From positions 91,920 to 155,919 of the forward strand of contig JAKASQ010000002.1 in NCBI GenBank assembly GCA_021828195.1: a stretch of DNA of 64,000 bases. Direction: 5' to 3'. Below the pieces are notes generated by a model. The model did not search any database and was not told the DNA's origin. It saw only the letters and a program-made list of their open reading frames with translations. Source of the stretch: Thermoplasmata archaeon (lineage in GTDB: Archaea > Thermoplasmatota > Thermoplasmata > Lutacidiplasmatales > UBA184). The position numbers were made by a program, and so were the translations under genes. How positions within the stretch are numbered: the stretch's first letter is position 1; every line of letters begins with the position of its first letter. Below, one piece after another: positions 9,027 to 17,201 of the stretch.

Positions 9027-10589
9027 GTGGGCCGAACGCCGAGCGCCTCGCTCCACCGCAGCGATATCGGGCCGGGGAAGCGCTTCTCCCAATCGATCGC
9101 AGTAATCGACGTCGGGTCGAACACCGCACGGCTTGTCGTCTTCGATGCCGCCCCCGCCGGGGCGGTCGGTCCGGTCTACGAGGCGAAGGAGGTGCCTCGC
9201 CTCGGCGCCGGTCTCGCGGCCGACGGCCGGCTCGCCTCCGAGGCGATCGAGCGTGGGGTCGCCGCGATGGAGCGGTTCGCCGGCACCCTCGAGTATCTCG
9301 GCGTGCCGAAGACCCTCGCCGTCACCACGAGCGCCGTGCGAGACGCGCCGAACGCGGGCGAGTTCATCTCCGCGGTCCAGCGGACGACCGGGATCCTGCT
9401 GCGCATCCTCAGTGGCAGCGAGGAGGCACGCTACGACTACCTCGGTGTGGCGAGCGCGTGGGGGCTCTCGGACGATCTCATCTGCGACCTCGGGGGCGGC
9501 TCGCTGCAGCTGGTCCAGACGCGTGCGGCCCAGATCGCGAACTCGGTCAGCCTACCGCTCGGGGTCCTCCGGGTGACGCAGCGGCATATCGATCACGATC
9601 CTCCCAAGGACCGCGAGCTCGAGGAGTTGCGCGCCTACGTCCGGGACACCCTTCGGACCACGGTCGACGCGTTCGGCGGGACGGGCCGTCGCCTGTTCGC
9701 CATCGGGGGCACTATTCGCTCGGCTGCGCGGGCCGCGATCGCGCTCCGGGACTATCCCGTCCGCCGCGTCCACGGCTTTCCGATCCGGGCGCACGACCTG
9801 GACGCGCTCCTCGAACTGATGGTGGAGATGCCGAGCGCGAAGCGCCGCGCGATCCCCGGGATTGGCAGCGATCGCTCGGATGTGATAGTCGCCGGCCTGA
9901 TCATTATGGAGGAGGTGTTGCGTGCTTCCGGGGCTCCGGAGATCGTGGTCACGGGCACCGGGATCCGGGACGGCCTCGCTCTCGAGATGATCGGGGCCGT
10001 TCTTCCCGCCGACGCGACCGAGCTCGCATCCCGCTCGGTGACCGCCGCCTCCGAACGATTCTCCTTCGCGCTCGACCGGGGGCGGGCTGTGGCAACCCTC
10101 GCCGGCCAACTATTCGATCTCTTTGCCGAGGAGCAGCACTGGGGAGCCAGTGAGCGGCTCGCCCTGACCGTGGCCGCGTGGATGCACGACTCGGGAACCT
10201 CGATCGATCTCTGGCGGCACGCTTACCACTCCGCGTATCTTATCCAGAACTACCCCATCTACGGACTCGATCAGGACGAAACGCTGCTCGCGGCGAGCAT
10301 CGTCGCGCAGCACGCGGGCGACGACCTCCCCTCGGGCTGGCGCAAGGGGCTCGCTCCGGTGCTCCGCCCGAGCGACGCGTCGACCGCGCGGCGCTTGGGC
10401 GCGGTCCTTCAGATCTGCGGGCTCCTCGTGGTCGCGGGACCGAGGTTCACGAGGGCCCCCGGGGGCCGCACGCTCGGAGTCACCTTTTCTACTCCCACGG
10501 GTAGCTCCTTTCCACCTCGAGCGGTCGAGAAGGCTCGCAAGCCCATCGAGCGTGAGTTCGACGTCGAGGTCCGGATCAAGGATGGCTGA
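9027..10589 (+). CDS. ppx: Exopolyphosphatase Ppx/GppA family with C-terminal HD domain
   Basis: IDVGSNTARL, TTSAVRDAPN, ILSGSEEA, DLGGGSLQL, GIRDG, MHDSG. A CTTATC element about 27 nt upstream supports the GTG start. Confidence 0.93.
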   Translation: MGRTPSASLHRSDIGPGKRFSQSIAVIDVGSNTARLVVFDAAPAGAVGPVYEAKEVPRLGAGLAADGRLASEAIERGVAAMERFAGTLEYLGVPKTLAVTTSAVRDAPNAGEFISAVQRTTGILLRILSGSEEARYDYLGVASAWGLSDDLICDLGGGSLQLVQTRAAQIANSVSLPLGVLRVTQRHIDHDPPKDRELEELRAYVRDTLRTTVDAFGGTGRRLFAIGGTIRSAARAAIALRDYPVRRVHGFPIRAHDLDALLELMVEMPSAKRRAIPGIGSDRSDVIVAGLIIMEEVLRASGAPEIVVTGTGIRDGLALEMIGAVLPADATELASRSVTAASERFSFALDRGRAVATLAGQLFDLFAEEQHWGASERLALTVAAWMHDSGTSIDLWRHAYHSAYLIQNYPIYGLDQDETLLAASIVAQHAGDDLPSGWRKGLAPVLRPSDASTARRLGAVLQICGLLVVAGPRFTRAPGGRTLGVTFSTPTGSSFPPRAVEKARKPIEREFDVEVRIKDG

Positions 10590-11280
10590 CCCTTCGAGCC
10601 ACGTGCACGGCTACCCGGGGCGATTGTTCGTCTTCGAAGGGCTCGACGGCAGCGGCAAGTCGACCCAGGCGCGTCTCCTGGGAAAGTGGCTCTCCTCCCA
10701 AGGGTACCGGGTGTTCCACACGGAGTGGAACTCCTCCGAGCTCGTCTCCAACATCATCCGGCGGGGCAAGAAGAAGGGGCTCCTCACCCCGACCACCTTC
10801 TCGCTGCTCCACGCGACCGATTTTGCCGACCGGTTCGAGCGTCAAATCCTGCCTCCGTTGCGCGCGGGGTATCTCGTCGTCTGCGACCGGTACTCCTACA
10901 CGGCGTTCGTTCGGGATTCGGCGCGGGGGTGCGACTCGGCGTGGGTCCGGAACATCTACGACTTCGCCCCGAGCCCCGACCGTACGTACTACTTCCGGGT
11001 GCCCGTCGCGGTCACGCTGCGACGCAAGCTCGCATCCCGGCTGAAGATTTCCTATCACGAGGCCGGGATGGATCTCGGGCTCTCCGACGACATCACCGAG
11101 AGCTACCTGAAGTTCCAAGGGCGGCTCAAACGCGAGTACGACCGCATGGTCGGCCCGGATGCGTTCACGGTGATCGACGCGGAACGATCCGTGGAACGGA
11201 TCCAGATGGACCTGCGCGTCGACCTCCGCCCACTGCTCGAGGACTTTCCGACGGGGGAGACGTTGCAGCATGAAGGATAG
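10582..11280 (+). CDS. Thymidylate-kinase-like P-loop protein, subunit 1 of a putative PPK3-type polyphosphate kinase
   Basis: Intact P-loop FEGLDGSGKSTQ, CDRY. The start overlaps the ppx stop region, and the gene is in tandem with a paralogue. Confidence 0.78.
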   Translation: MADPSSHVHGYPGRLFVFEGLDGSGKSTQARLLGKWLSSQGYRVFHTEWNSSELVSNIIRRGKKKGLLTPTTFSLLHATDFADRFERQILPPLRAGYLVVCDRYSYTAFVRDSARGCDSAWVRNIYDFAPSPDRTYYFRVPVAVTLRRKLASRLKISYHEAGMDLGLSDDITESYLKFQGRLKREYDRMVGPDAFTVIDAERSVERIQMDLRVDLRPLLEDFPTGETLQHEG

Positions 11281-12022
11281 GACCTACGGCACCCCCCTGC
11301 CCGGCGTGTCCGAGGAGCCGCTCACCGGCCGCCTCATCGTCGTCGAGGGAGCGGACGCCTCCGGCCGCACGACCGAGGTCGAAATTCTCCGCGAGTGGCT
11401 GGAGATCGAGGGTCACCCCGTGGTCGACACCGGTCTGCGCCGATCGACGCTGGTGAGCGAGCAGATCGATCGCGCGAAGGAGGGCCACACGCTCGGCGGG
11501 GCTACCCTCGCGCTCCTCTACGCCACGGACTTTGCCGACCAGCTCGAGAACAAGATCCTCCCCTCCCTCGCCGCCGGCAGCACGGTCCTCGCCGACCGGT
11601 ACATCTACACGCTCATGGCCCGGGCCGTGGTCCGCGGCGCGTCACGCGAGTGGGCCCAGCGTCTCTACGGGTTCGCCCTGCGCCCCGATCTCACGGTCTT
11701 CCTGGATGCCCGTCCCGAGATCCTCATGCATCGGGCGATCTCCAAGTACGGCAGCCTCGACTACTGGGAGTCGGGGATGGATCTGTCGATCTCCTCCGAC
11801 CGGTTCGAGAGCTTCCTCGAGTACCAGACGCGCCTGAGGCACGAGTTCGGGTGGATGGAGGAGCCGTACGGGTTCCGACTCATCGATGCGAACCGCCGCC
11901 CGGACCAGGTGCACCGGGACGTCGCCGAGATCGTGCGCCCGCTCTTCGAGACGCCGTCGGAGAAGAAGCGGCGAACGCGCGTCCCGCCTACTTCCCGATT
12001 GCGGAGAGCTGGCTCCGAGTGA
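11270..12022 (+). CDS. Thymidylate-kinase-like protein with degenerate P-loop, subunit 2 of a putative PPK3-type polyphosphate kinase
   Basis: VEGADASGRTT (Lys replaced by Arg), ADRY. Shares ATDFAD and GMDL motifs with the upstream paralogue. Confidence 0.78.
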   Translation: MKDRTYGTPLPGVSEEPLTGRLIVVEGADASGRTTEVEILREWLEIEGHPVVDTGLRRSTLVSEQIDRAKEGHTLGGATLALLYATDFADQLENKILPSLAAGSTVLADRYIYTLMARAVVRGASREWAQRLYGFALRPDLTVFLDARPEILMHRAISKYGSLDYWESGMDLSISSDRFESFLEYQTRLRHEFGWMEEPYGFRLIDANRRPDQVHRDVAEIVRPLFETPSEKKRRTRVPPTSRLRRAGSE

Positions 12023-12497
12023 CCAGCCACTCCAATCGAGCGGCTCCGGGCCGGATCGCACGCGAGAACTCGAGGGCCGCGGCGCCGGCCTTGGAGAACC
12101 GGCTGAGGGGCACGCTATCGCCGGTCAACGCGAGACCGATCAGCTGCTCGAGCCCTGGCTGGTGGCCGACCAGCAGGACCTCGGCATGGGGGGCCCGGAC
12201 GGTGCGTCGAAGGTGCTCGAGGATCGGTCCGGACGGTGCGCCCGGGCCGAGATCCGCCCAGAGCTCGATCTGTGGGGGAGCGTCGAACGCCGCAGCGAAC
12301 AGCTTTGCGGTCTGATGCGTGCGGCGGGCGGGGCTCGAGACGATCCGATCGAGGTGGGGGACCTCGTGGGCGAACCCGAGCCCGGCCCGTCGGGTCTTTC
12401 GCAGCCCCGGCGGCGTCAACGGGCGCGCCGCATCGTCCGGCCACCGGCGCGGGTCCTTCGGGACCGCGGGTCCGTGGCGAATGAGATAGAGATGCAC
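11988..12497 (-). CDS. sixA: SixA-like phosphohistidine phosphatase
   Basis: LIRHG, RPLTPPG, SSPARRTHQTA, LVGHQP. Confidence 0.88.
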   Translation of the reverse strand: MHLYLIRHGPAVPKDPRRWPDDAARPLTPPGLRKTRRAGLGFAHEVPHLDRIVSSPARRTHQTAKLFAAAFDAPPQIELWADLGPGAPSGPILEHLRRTVRAPHAEVLLVGHQPGLEQLIGLALTGDSVPLSRFSKAGAAALEFSRAIRPGAARLEWLVTRSQLSAIGK

Positions 12498-12548
12498 CGG
12501 AGGGAGCTACCCTTCCCGACCGATTTCATCCTTTGCCCGAGCCCGCGC

Positions 12549-13268
12549 TCAGGCCCCGGCGGTCCCACGGGCTCGAGCGCCATCCGCGCGCAGGAAGAGC
12601 TCGAGGGTCACGCGTGCGAGCACGAGCGCGGCCAAGAACAGCGGGATCAGCATGGCGTCGCCCCACGGCCACGGGACCTTCGCCGCTTCTCCCAGCCAGA
12701 ACGTGGCGAACGCAAAGAGGAGCGAGGTCGCCCCCAGCTTGAGCCAAGGAACCTTGATCCGGCGGATCCGTTCGTGGAGGACGAATGCGAGGCCGATCAA
12801 GAGGATGCCGGCCAGCGCCGCGCCGAGGACCGCGGACCATCCCTGACCGGTGGCGGCGATCGGGAGCAGCACGATCGCGGCCTCGGTGGTCTCCACGGCG
12901 CCGACCGTGAACCCGCCGCTGAACTGCACGGTACGGGCGTTGCGGTGCGAGATCGCGGCCGCACCCACCGGGGTCGGTGCGCGCGCCCTCCGGTAGGAGC
13001 GGAGCGTGCTCCGGAACAGGAAGATCCCGAAGGCGACGAGCACGATTCCCGACCCGACCAGGAGGTACTGGGAAGGTACCGCGAGAATGAGCGCACCCGC
13101 CACCACCGTGATCGTTCCGATCGCCGTCACGCCGGCGACCGCACCGGCGGCGCCGTGGCGCAGGGTTCCTGTTTCGCCTTGGAGGGCAAAGATCAGCGCG
13201 ACTACTTCCGTCATCTCAACGATGACGATCAGGAAGGCAAGGACCACCGTCGCCAGGCTCAGGTACAC
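12549..13268 (-). CDS. Integral membrane protein with internal repeat (COG4280 / GDT1-like superfamily), possible cation transporter
   Basis: About 6-7 hydrophobic segments and two repeated motifs, VEMTEVVAL and VETTEAAIV. Confidence 0.6.
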   Translation of the reverse strand: MYLSLATVVLAFLIVIVEMTEVVALIFALQGETGTLRHGAAGAVAGVTAIGTITVVAGALILAVPSQYLLVGSGIVLVAFGIFLFRSTLRSYRRARAPTPVGAAAISHRNARTVQFSGGFTVGAVETTEAAIVLLPIAATGQGWSAVLGAALAGILLIGLAFVLHERIRRIKVPWLKLGATSLLFAFATFWLGEAAKVPWPWGDAMLIPLFLAALVLARVTLELFLRADGARARGTAGA

Positions 13269-13356
13269 CTCGCGCCGAACGAGTGCGACCGCATAGCGTT
13301 CGCGCAGGTACCGGACGGTCCGGCGCTATATCCCGAAGCGCGCCTCGTGCGGAGCC

Positions 13357-13650
13357 ATGACCGAACCGACCGACCGTGACGTCGCGGGCATCCCTCCGGG
13401 AATGGTGGGCCCCGTGATCGAGATCTTGGACGCTTCCCCCTCCCCGCTCCGACGGCGAAAGCTCCTGGAAGAACTGGAGCGTCGCGGGCATCGGATCTCG
13501 CTCGCGGGGCTCAATCGCATCCTCCAGCGCCTCGCCGAATCCGGACGGAGCGTCGAGACCCCGGACGGCGTCCGAATGAAACCGCGGGGCGGTTCCCCGC
13601 CCCGCGAAGTGTCGTCTAGCGGTCCTTCTTCTCGTCGTCGGTGCCCTTGA
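13357..13650 (+). CDS. Small winged-helix-like hypothetical protein
   Basis: GGAG upstream of ATG; LRRRKLLEEL...ISLAGLNRILQRLAESG resembles a wHTH. Divergent from the membrane protein gene. Confidence 0.55.
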   Translation: MTEPTDRDVAGIPPGMVGPVIEILDASPSPLRRRKLLEELERRGHRISLAGLNRILQRLAESGRSVETPDGVRMKPRGGSPPREVSSSGPSSRRRCP

Positions 13651-13849
13651 AGCCCTTCTTGGCTCCAGCGCCGACGGCCTTGGCCCCGCTCCAGATTCCC
13701 TTGCCGACCTTACCGGCGACCTCTCCGGTCTTCTCGGCTACGTGCAAGGAACCCTCGGTCGCCCGCTGACCCAGGCCCACTTCGTGGCCGCAGGCCGTGC
13801 AGTTCTTCGCGCCCTCGGTAAGCTCGGCTCCGCATCCTGAACACTTCAT
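13616..13849 (-). CDS. Small zinc-ribbon domain protein
   Basis: MKCSGCGAELTEGAKNCTACGH (CxxC...CxxC). Confidence 0.75.
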   Translation of the reverse strand: MKCSGCGAELTEGAKNCTACGHEVGLGQRATEGSLHVAEKTGEVAGKVGKGIWSGAKAVGAGAKKGFKGTDDEKKDR

Positions 13850-13933
13850 GATCGTCGGTCCCCCCGATGCCCCAGCAAAATGCACTTCCTTCCGTTTAAA
13901 CCTACCGGGTTTCCGAAGGAGAGCAGGCGGGGA

Positions 13934-14006
13934 TGGGCCGGGACGGATTTGAACCGTCGATCTCCGCGTTGTAAGCGCGACGTCCTAACCGCTAGACCAC
14001 CGGCCC
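13934..14006 (-). tRNA. tRNA-Val (TAC)
   Basis: Cloverleaf GGGCCGG-TG-GTCTAGCGGTTAGGAC-G-TCGCG CTTACAA CGCGG-AGATC-GACGG TTCAAAT CCGTC-CCGGCCC-A. CCA is not encoded. Confidence 0.96.
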
Positions 14007-15821
14007 GTGGTGGAGGGATGACCGCTCTCCCGTCATGGGAGTATCGGTGCTGGAGTGCTCGCGATGACGCACCCGCACGGCGCTCCCCTTCGTCAGTCCC
14101 GTCATCAGCCGCCCGGGTAGGAGCGCTTCGCCGACCCCGAGCAGCGTCCCATCGCGCATCAGCACCACCGCATCTCCTACGCGGATGGCCGGATCCGCAC
14201 GTCGAACGCCCGGGACGAACAGATCTCCGGCGAGGGTGAGCCCCTCCGAGACCTCGACCGCGAGCGGGGGATCGGGAAGGAGCCGCTGGCCGCCGGCGAC
14301 CGTGAGGTGGAACAACCCCCGCTCCTCCCTCCATGTCGCGAGGTCGACGTGAGCCGGGTCCACGAGACGCTGGAACCACGGCCGACCGGCCAAGCGGATC
14401 TTCCCCGCGAAGAGTCGGTCCGCGGCGGTCCGGCCAAACTGGAACGCGGCAATCTCCGCGAGCTCCTCCCGGACCACGGAGAGGGGTCCCCCGGAGGTGG
14501 GCCGGGACTCGACGAGCGCGCCGGCGACCGCGTCCCGCAGCGATGCGAGGGCCGCGGTCGTCGTGGTCCGATCGTCGCCGATCGTCCACGCGGTGGGAAG
14601 GCGATCTCCGATCGCTTCGCGCACGAAGCCATACTCGGCCGGATCGAGGTGGGCCACGATCGCGCGATACCGTCCCTGCCCGAGGATGTGATGGAGGCCC
14701 TCCCGGATGGGCTGCCGCTCCGCCTCGGACCACTCGCCGGTCACCGGGATGTCGTACTGCCGAGCCGGGTACACGTCCTCGAGCTCGCGCGGAACGAGCC
14801 CGACCGGAGAACTGAGCGAGACGACGTGCACGCGCTCGAGGGAACGGAGGCCCTCGAGAGCGCTCCAGAACCGTCGGTGCGAGCGGGAATTGCGGTACGG
14901 TTTGGTCCGGCTGCACGGAACCAGCAGCAGCACCTCCTTCGAGGCCGGTGGGCGGTACCGTTCGAGCAGGCGGGCGCGGAACCTCCGCATCTGTGGGCGA
15001 CGCAAGGATTCGGCCAGGACGTACCGGCCCGTCCCATGACCGACGACGGGAGTGTATTCCTCCAGGAGATCCCCAAGGTCCCGGTCCGCGTACCGCAGCA
15101 TCTCCGCCAAGGTCGGCTCGGCGGCGAGTCGCGCCTCCACCAGTTCCCTCAGCCGACCCACACGCGACGCGTGGTTAGCCCGGGCGAAGGCGTCCCGATA
15201 GATCGCTCCGAGATCGCTCGCCACGGAAGTCGTCAACGATGTTTCGGGGACCGAAGCTCCCAGCGACTCGTCCAACTCCGTCCCCGCCGACGAAAGGATC
15301 TCCCCTTCGGTCGTATCCATGAGGTCGATGCCGAGGTATTGCAGCATGGGGATTCGGTGGGGCAGTGCCACTCGGGGCGCCCACAATAGCGGCGCCGGTC
15401 CGAGCTCCTTGCGAATCGCGCCGATCGCTTGGATGAACGATTCTCCGTCCGACCAAAGCGCCCGCGCGTTCCCGAGGACCAACAGCCCCGGGCGGGCCGC
15501 GCGTAGGCGCTGAAGCGCATCGGCGGGCGGCGGCCAGTGGACCACCCAACTCCCGAACCCGGCTTCGGAAGCGCTTCCGCCCGCTCCGGTGATCTCGGGG
15601 GCGGGGACCGGGAAGGTGAGGTCCACGGAGTGACTGCCATCGCTGATCACTAGATGGCGATGCCCAGGGAGAGCCCCCGCGACCGTGGAGATGCACAGCC
15701 CGCCCGGTGGGGCAAGGTCGTTGGGCCGTTCGAGCAGCGCCGGTACAACGAACGATAGGTTCCCGACCGCCCCCCGACCGACCAGCCCGAGCCCTTCGAT
15801 GCGATCCACCGTGCGGGCCAT
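13992..15821 (-). CDS. arcS: Archaeosine synthase subunit (ArcS/TgtA2) with C-terminal PUA domain
   Basis: LLLVPCSRTKPY, SSPVGLVPRELEDVYPARQYDIPVTGEW, QFG, PUA LFVPGVRRADPAIRVGDAV. Confidence 0.88.
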   Translation of the reverse strand: MARTVDRIEGLGLVGRGAVGNLSFVVPALLERPNDLAPPGGLCISTVAGALPGHRHLVISDGSHSVDLTFPVPAPEITGAGGSASEAGFGSWVVHWPPPADALQRLRAARPGLLVLGNARALWSDGESFIQAIGAIRKELGPAPLLWAPRVALPHRIPMLQYLGIDLMDTTEGEILSSAGTELDESLGASVPETSLTTSVASDLGAIYRDAFARANHASRVGRLRELVEARLAAEPTLAEMLRYADRDLGDLLEEYTPVVGHGTGRYVLAESLRRPQMRRFRARLLERYRPPASKEVLLLVPCSRTKPYRNSRSHRRFWSALEGLRSLERVHVVSLSSPVGLVPRELEDVYPARQYDIPVTGEWSEAERQPIREGLHHILGQGRYRAIVAHLDPAEYGFVREAIGDRLPTAWTIGDDRTTTTAALASLRDAVAGALVESRPTSGGPLSVVREELAEIAAFQFGRTAADRLFAGKIRLAGRPWFQRLVDPAHVDLATWREERGLFHLTVAGGQRLLPDPPLAVEVSEGLTLAGDLFVPGVRRADPAIRVGDAVVLMRDGTLLGVGEALLPGRLMTGLTKGSAVRVRHREHSSTDTPMTGERSSLHHGPVV

Positions 15822-15869
15822 GGGACTCCTCCTGGGCCGGAGGTCACGGAGGGGAAACGGGTTTCGGCG

Positions 15870-16223
15870 CTACGGGGGGCCGCCCGTCTTCGCGGGGTCG
15901 CGCCGGCGGCGCCCTCCGGCGGGCTTGGGGAAGTACGCTTCCCACTGCGCGAGGAGCGCCTCTCGGCGGTCGGCACCCGCCTCGCTTCTTCCGCGCTTTC
16001 CGAACATGGGGTCGTGCGTGTCGCGGACCGCCCGCAGGAACGCCTCCGGGTTCGCGCTGGCCTGTTCGAAGCCGTACAGGATCAACTGTCGCAGGAAGCT
16101 CGACCGGCCCCGCCAGCCGATCCGGCGGCGCACCGCGGGATTGAGGTGGCGCTTCGCCATTCGCCAGACGTCGTTGGTCGTCTTGTAGTCGCGCACGGAC
16201 AGGCTGATCATCACCTGCGGCAT
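15870..16223 (-). CDS. Small basic hypothetical protein (possible ribbon-helix-helix-like)
   Basis: ATG with a TATA-like TTATATAC about 27 nt upstream; a beta-like VMISLSV followed by predicted helices (RSSFLRQLI). Confidence 0.6.
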   Translation of the reverse strand: MPQVMISLSVRDYKTTNDVWRMAKRHLNPAVRRRIGWRGRSSFLRQLILYGFEQASANPEAFLRAVRDTHDPMFGKRGRSEAGADRREALLAQWEAYFPKPAGGRRRRDPAKTGGPP

Positions 16224-16331
16224 ACTTCGGGGTCCCTCTCTCCTTCCCGTATATAACGAGAGGCGTCGCGTGCTTGCTCCCTCTCAGAACCATCGCACCC
16301 GCAAGCGCCGTCCCCGATGGATCCGCGCGCC

Positions 16332-17201
16332 CTACGCGACGAATATGGCCGCGGCGGCCCCGACGAGGTAGATCGCGCTCATCAGGAAGTGGCGCCGGAA
16401 CGCGACCCGCGTATCTGCGGTGTGCCGCAAGAGCTGGTAGTCGGTGATGACGACTACCACCGCGATCGCGGCGAGTCCAATCGGGTAGGCGATCCCGAGA
16501 CCGAACGCGAAGCCGAACGCGGCGAGCAGGATCAGCGCTCCGGCGTGCAGCACGGGTACGAAGTAGGTCGACCGACGTAGGCCGAGGAGCAGGGGGAGCG
16601 AGTGTAGCTCGAGCATGCGGTCGCTCGCGAGGTCGCCGAGGCTGTGGATCGTCTCGAACGCGGTCCCCCACAGCAGGAGACCCCCGACCGCGAAGAGAAC
16701 GAGGGGTGGGAGCGTGCCCTGGACCGCAATGAAGACCGCGGCAGGCACGATCGCCTCGACCAGTCCGAGGAACGGGGTGGTCCAGGCGGTGATGCGCTTC
16801 GTGTACGTGTACCCGTACACCATCGCGAGCGCCACCGGGGACAGATAGAACGCAAGCGGGTTCAGGAAATAGGAGACCAGGATCAGCAGGGCCGCGCTCG
16901 CGAGCGAGAAGGCGAGAGCGAACTCCGGGCGCGCGCGGCCGGTGACGAGCACCCGGTTCTGCGTTCGGGGGTTGACCGCGTCCTGGGCGCGATCGGCCCA
17001 GCGGTTGAAGCTGTGGCCCGCGTTACGAGCCGCCAGGAACGCGATGACGATGAGGAGGAACGTCGCCAGCGAGGGAAGGCCCTTCGAAGCGATGAAGATG
17101 AAGGCGAGGGCGAACGGGAGGTTCAGTCCGAGGGTCTGGATCTCGAGCAGCCTACCGAAATCCCCCCACCGGGCGGCGGCGCCGGTCGGTGGATCGGTCA
17201 C
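16332..17201 (-). CDS. UbiA-family prenyltransferase (MqnP / 4-hydroxybenzoate polyprenyltransferase-like)
   Basis: ARNAGHSFNRWADRAQDAVNPRTQNR, YTYTKR, multiple TM segments. The GTG at 17201 overlaps the UbiD stop. Confidence 0.85.
   Translation of the reverse strand: MTDPPTGAAARWGDFGRLLEIQTLGLNLPFALAFIFIASKGLPSLATFLLIVIAFLAARNAGHSFNRWADRAQDAVNPRTQNRVLVTGRARPEFALAFSLASAALLILVSYFLNPLAFYLSPVALAMVYGYTYTKRITAWTTPFLGLVEAIVPAAVFIAVQGTLPPLVLFAVGGLLLWGTAFETIHSLGDLASDRMLELHSLPLLLGLRRSTYFVPVLHAGALILLAAFGFAFGLGIAYPIGLAAIAVVVVITDYQLLRHTADTRVAFRRHFLMSAIYLVGAAAAIFVA

Noticed and set aside
10582-12022. Annotation as two ordinary thymidylate kinases
   Set aside because: The tandem duplication, one degenerate P-loop and the position between ppx, CHAD and sixA fit a polyP role better. 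This is not experimentally excluded.
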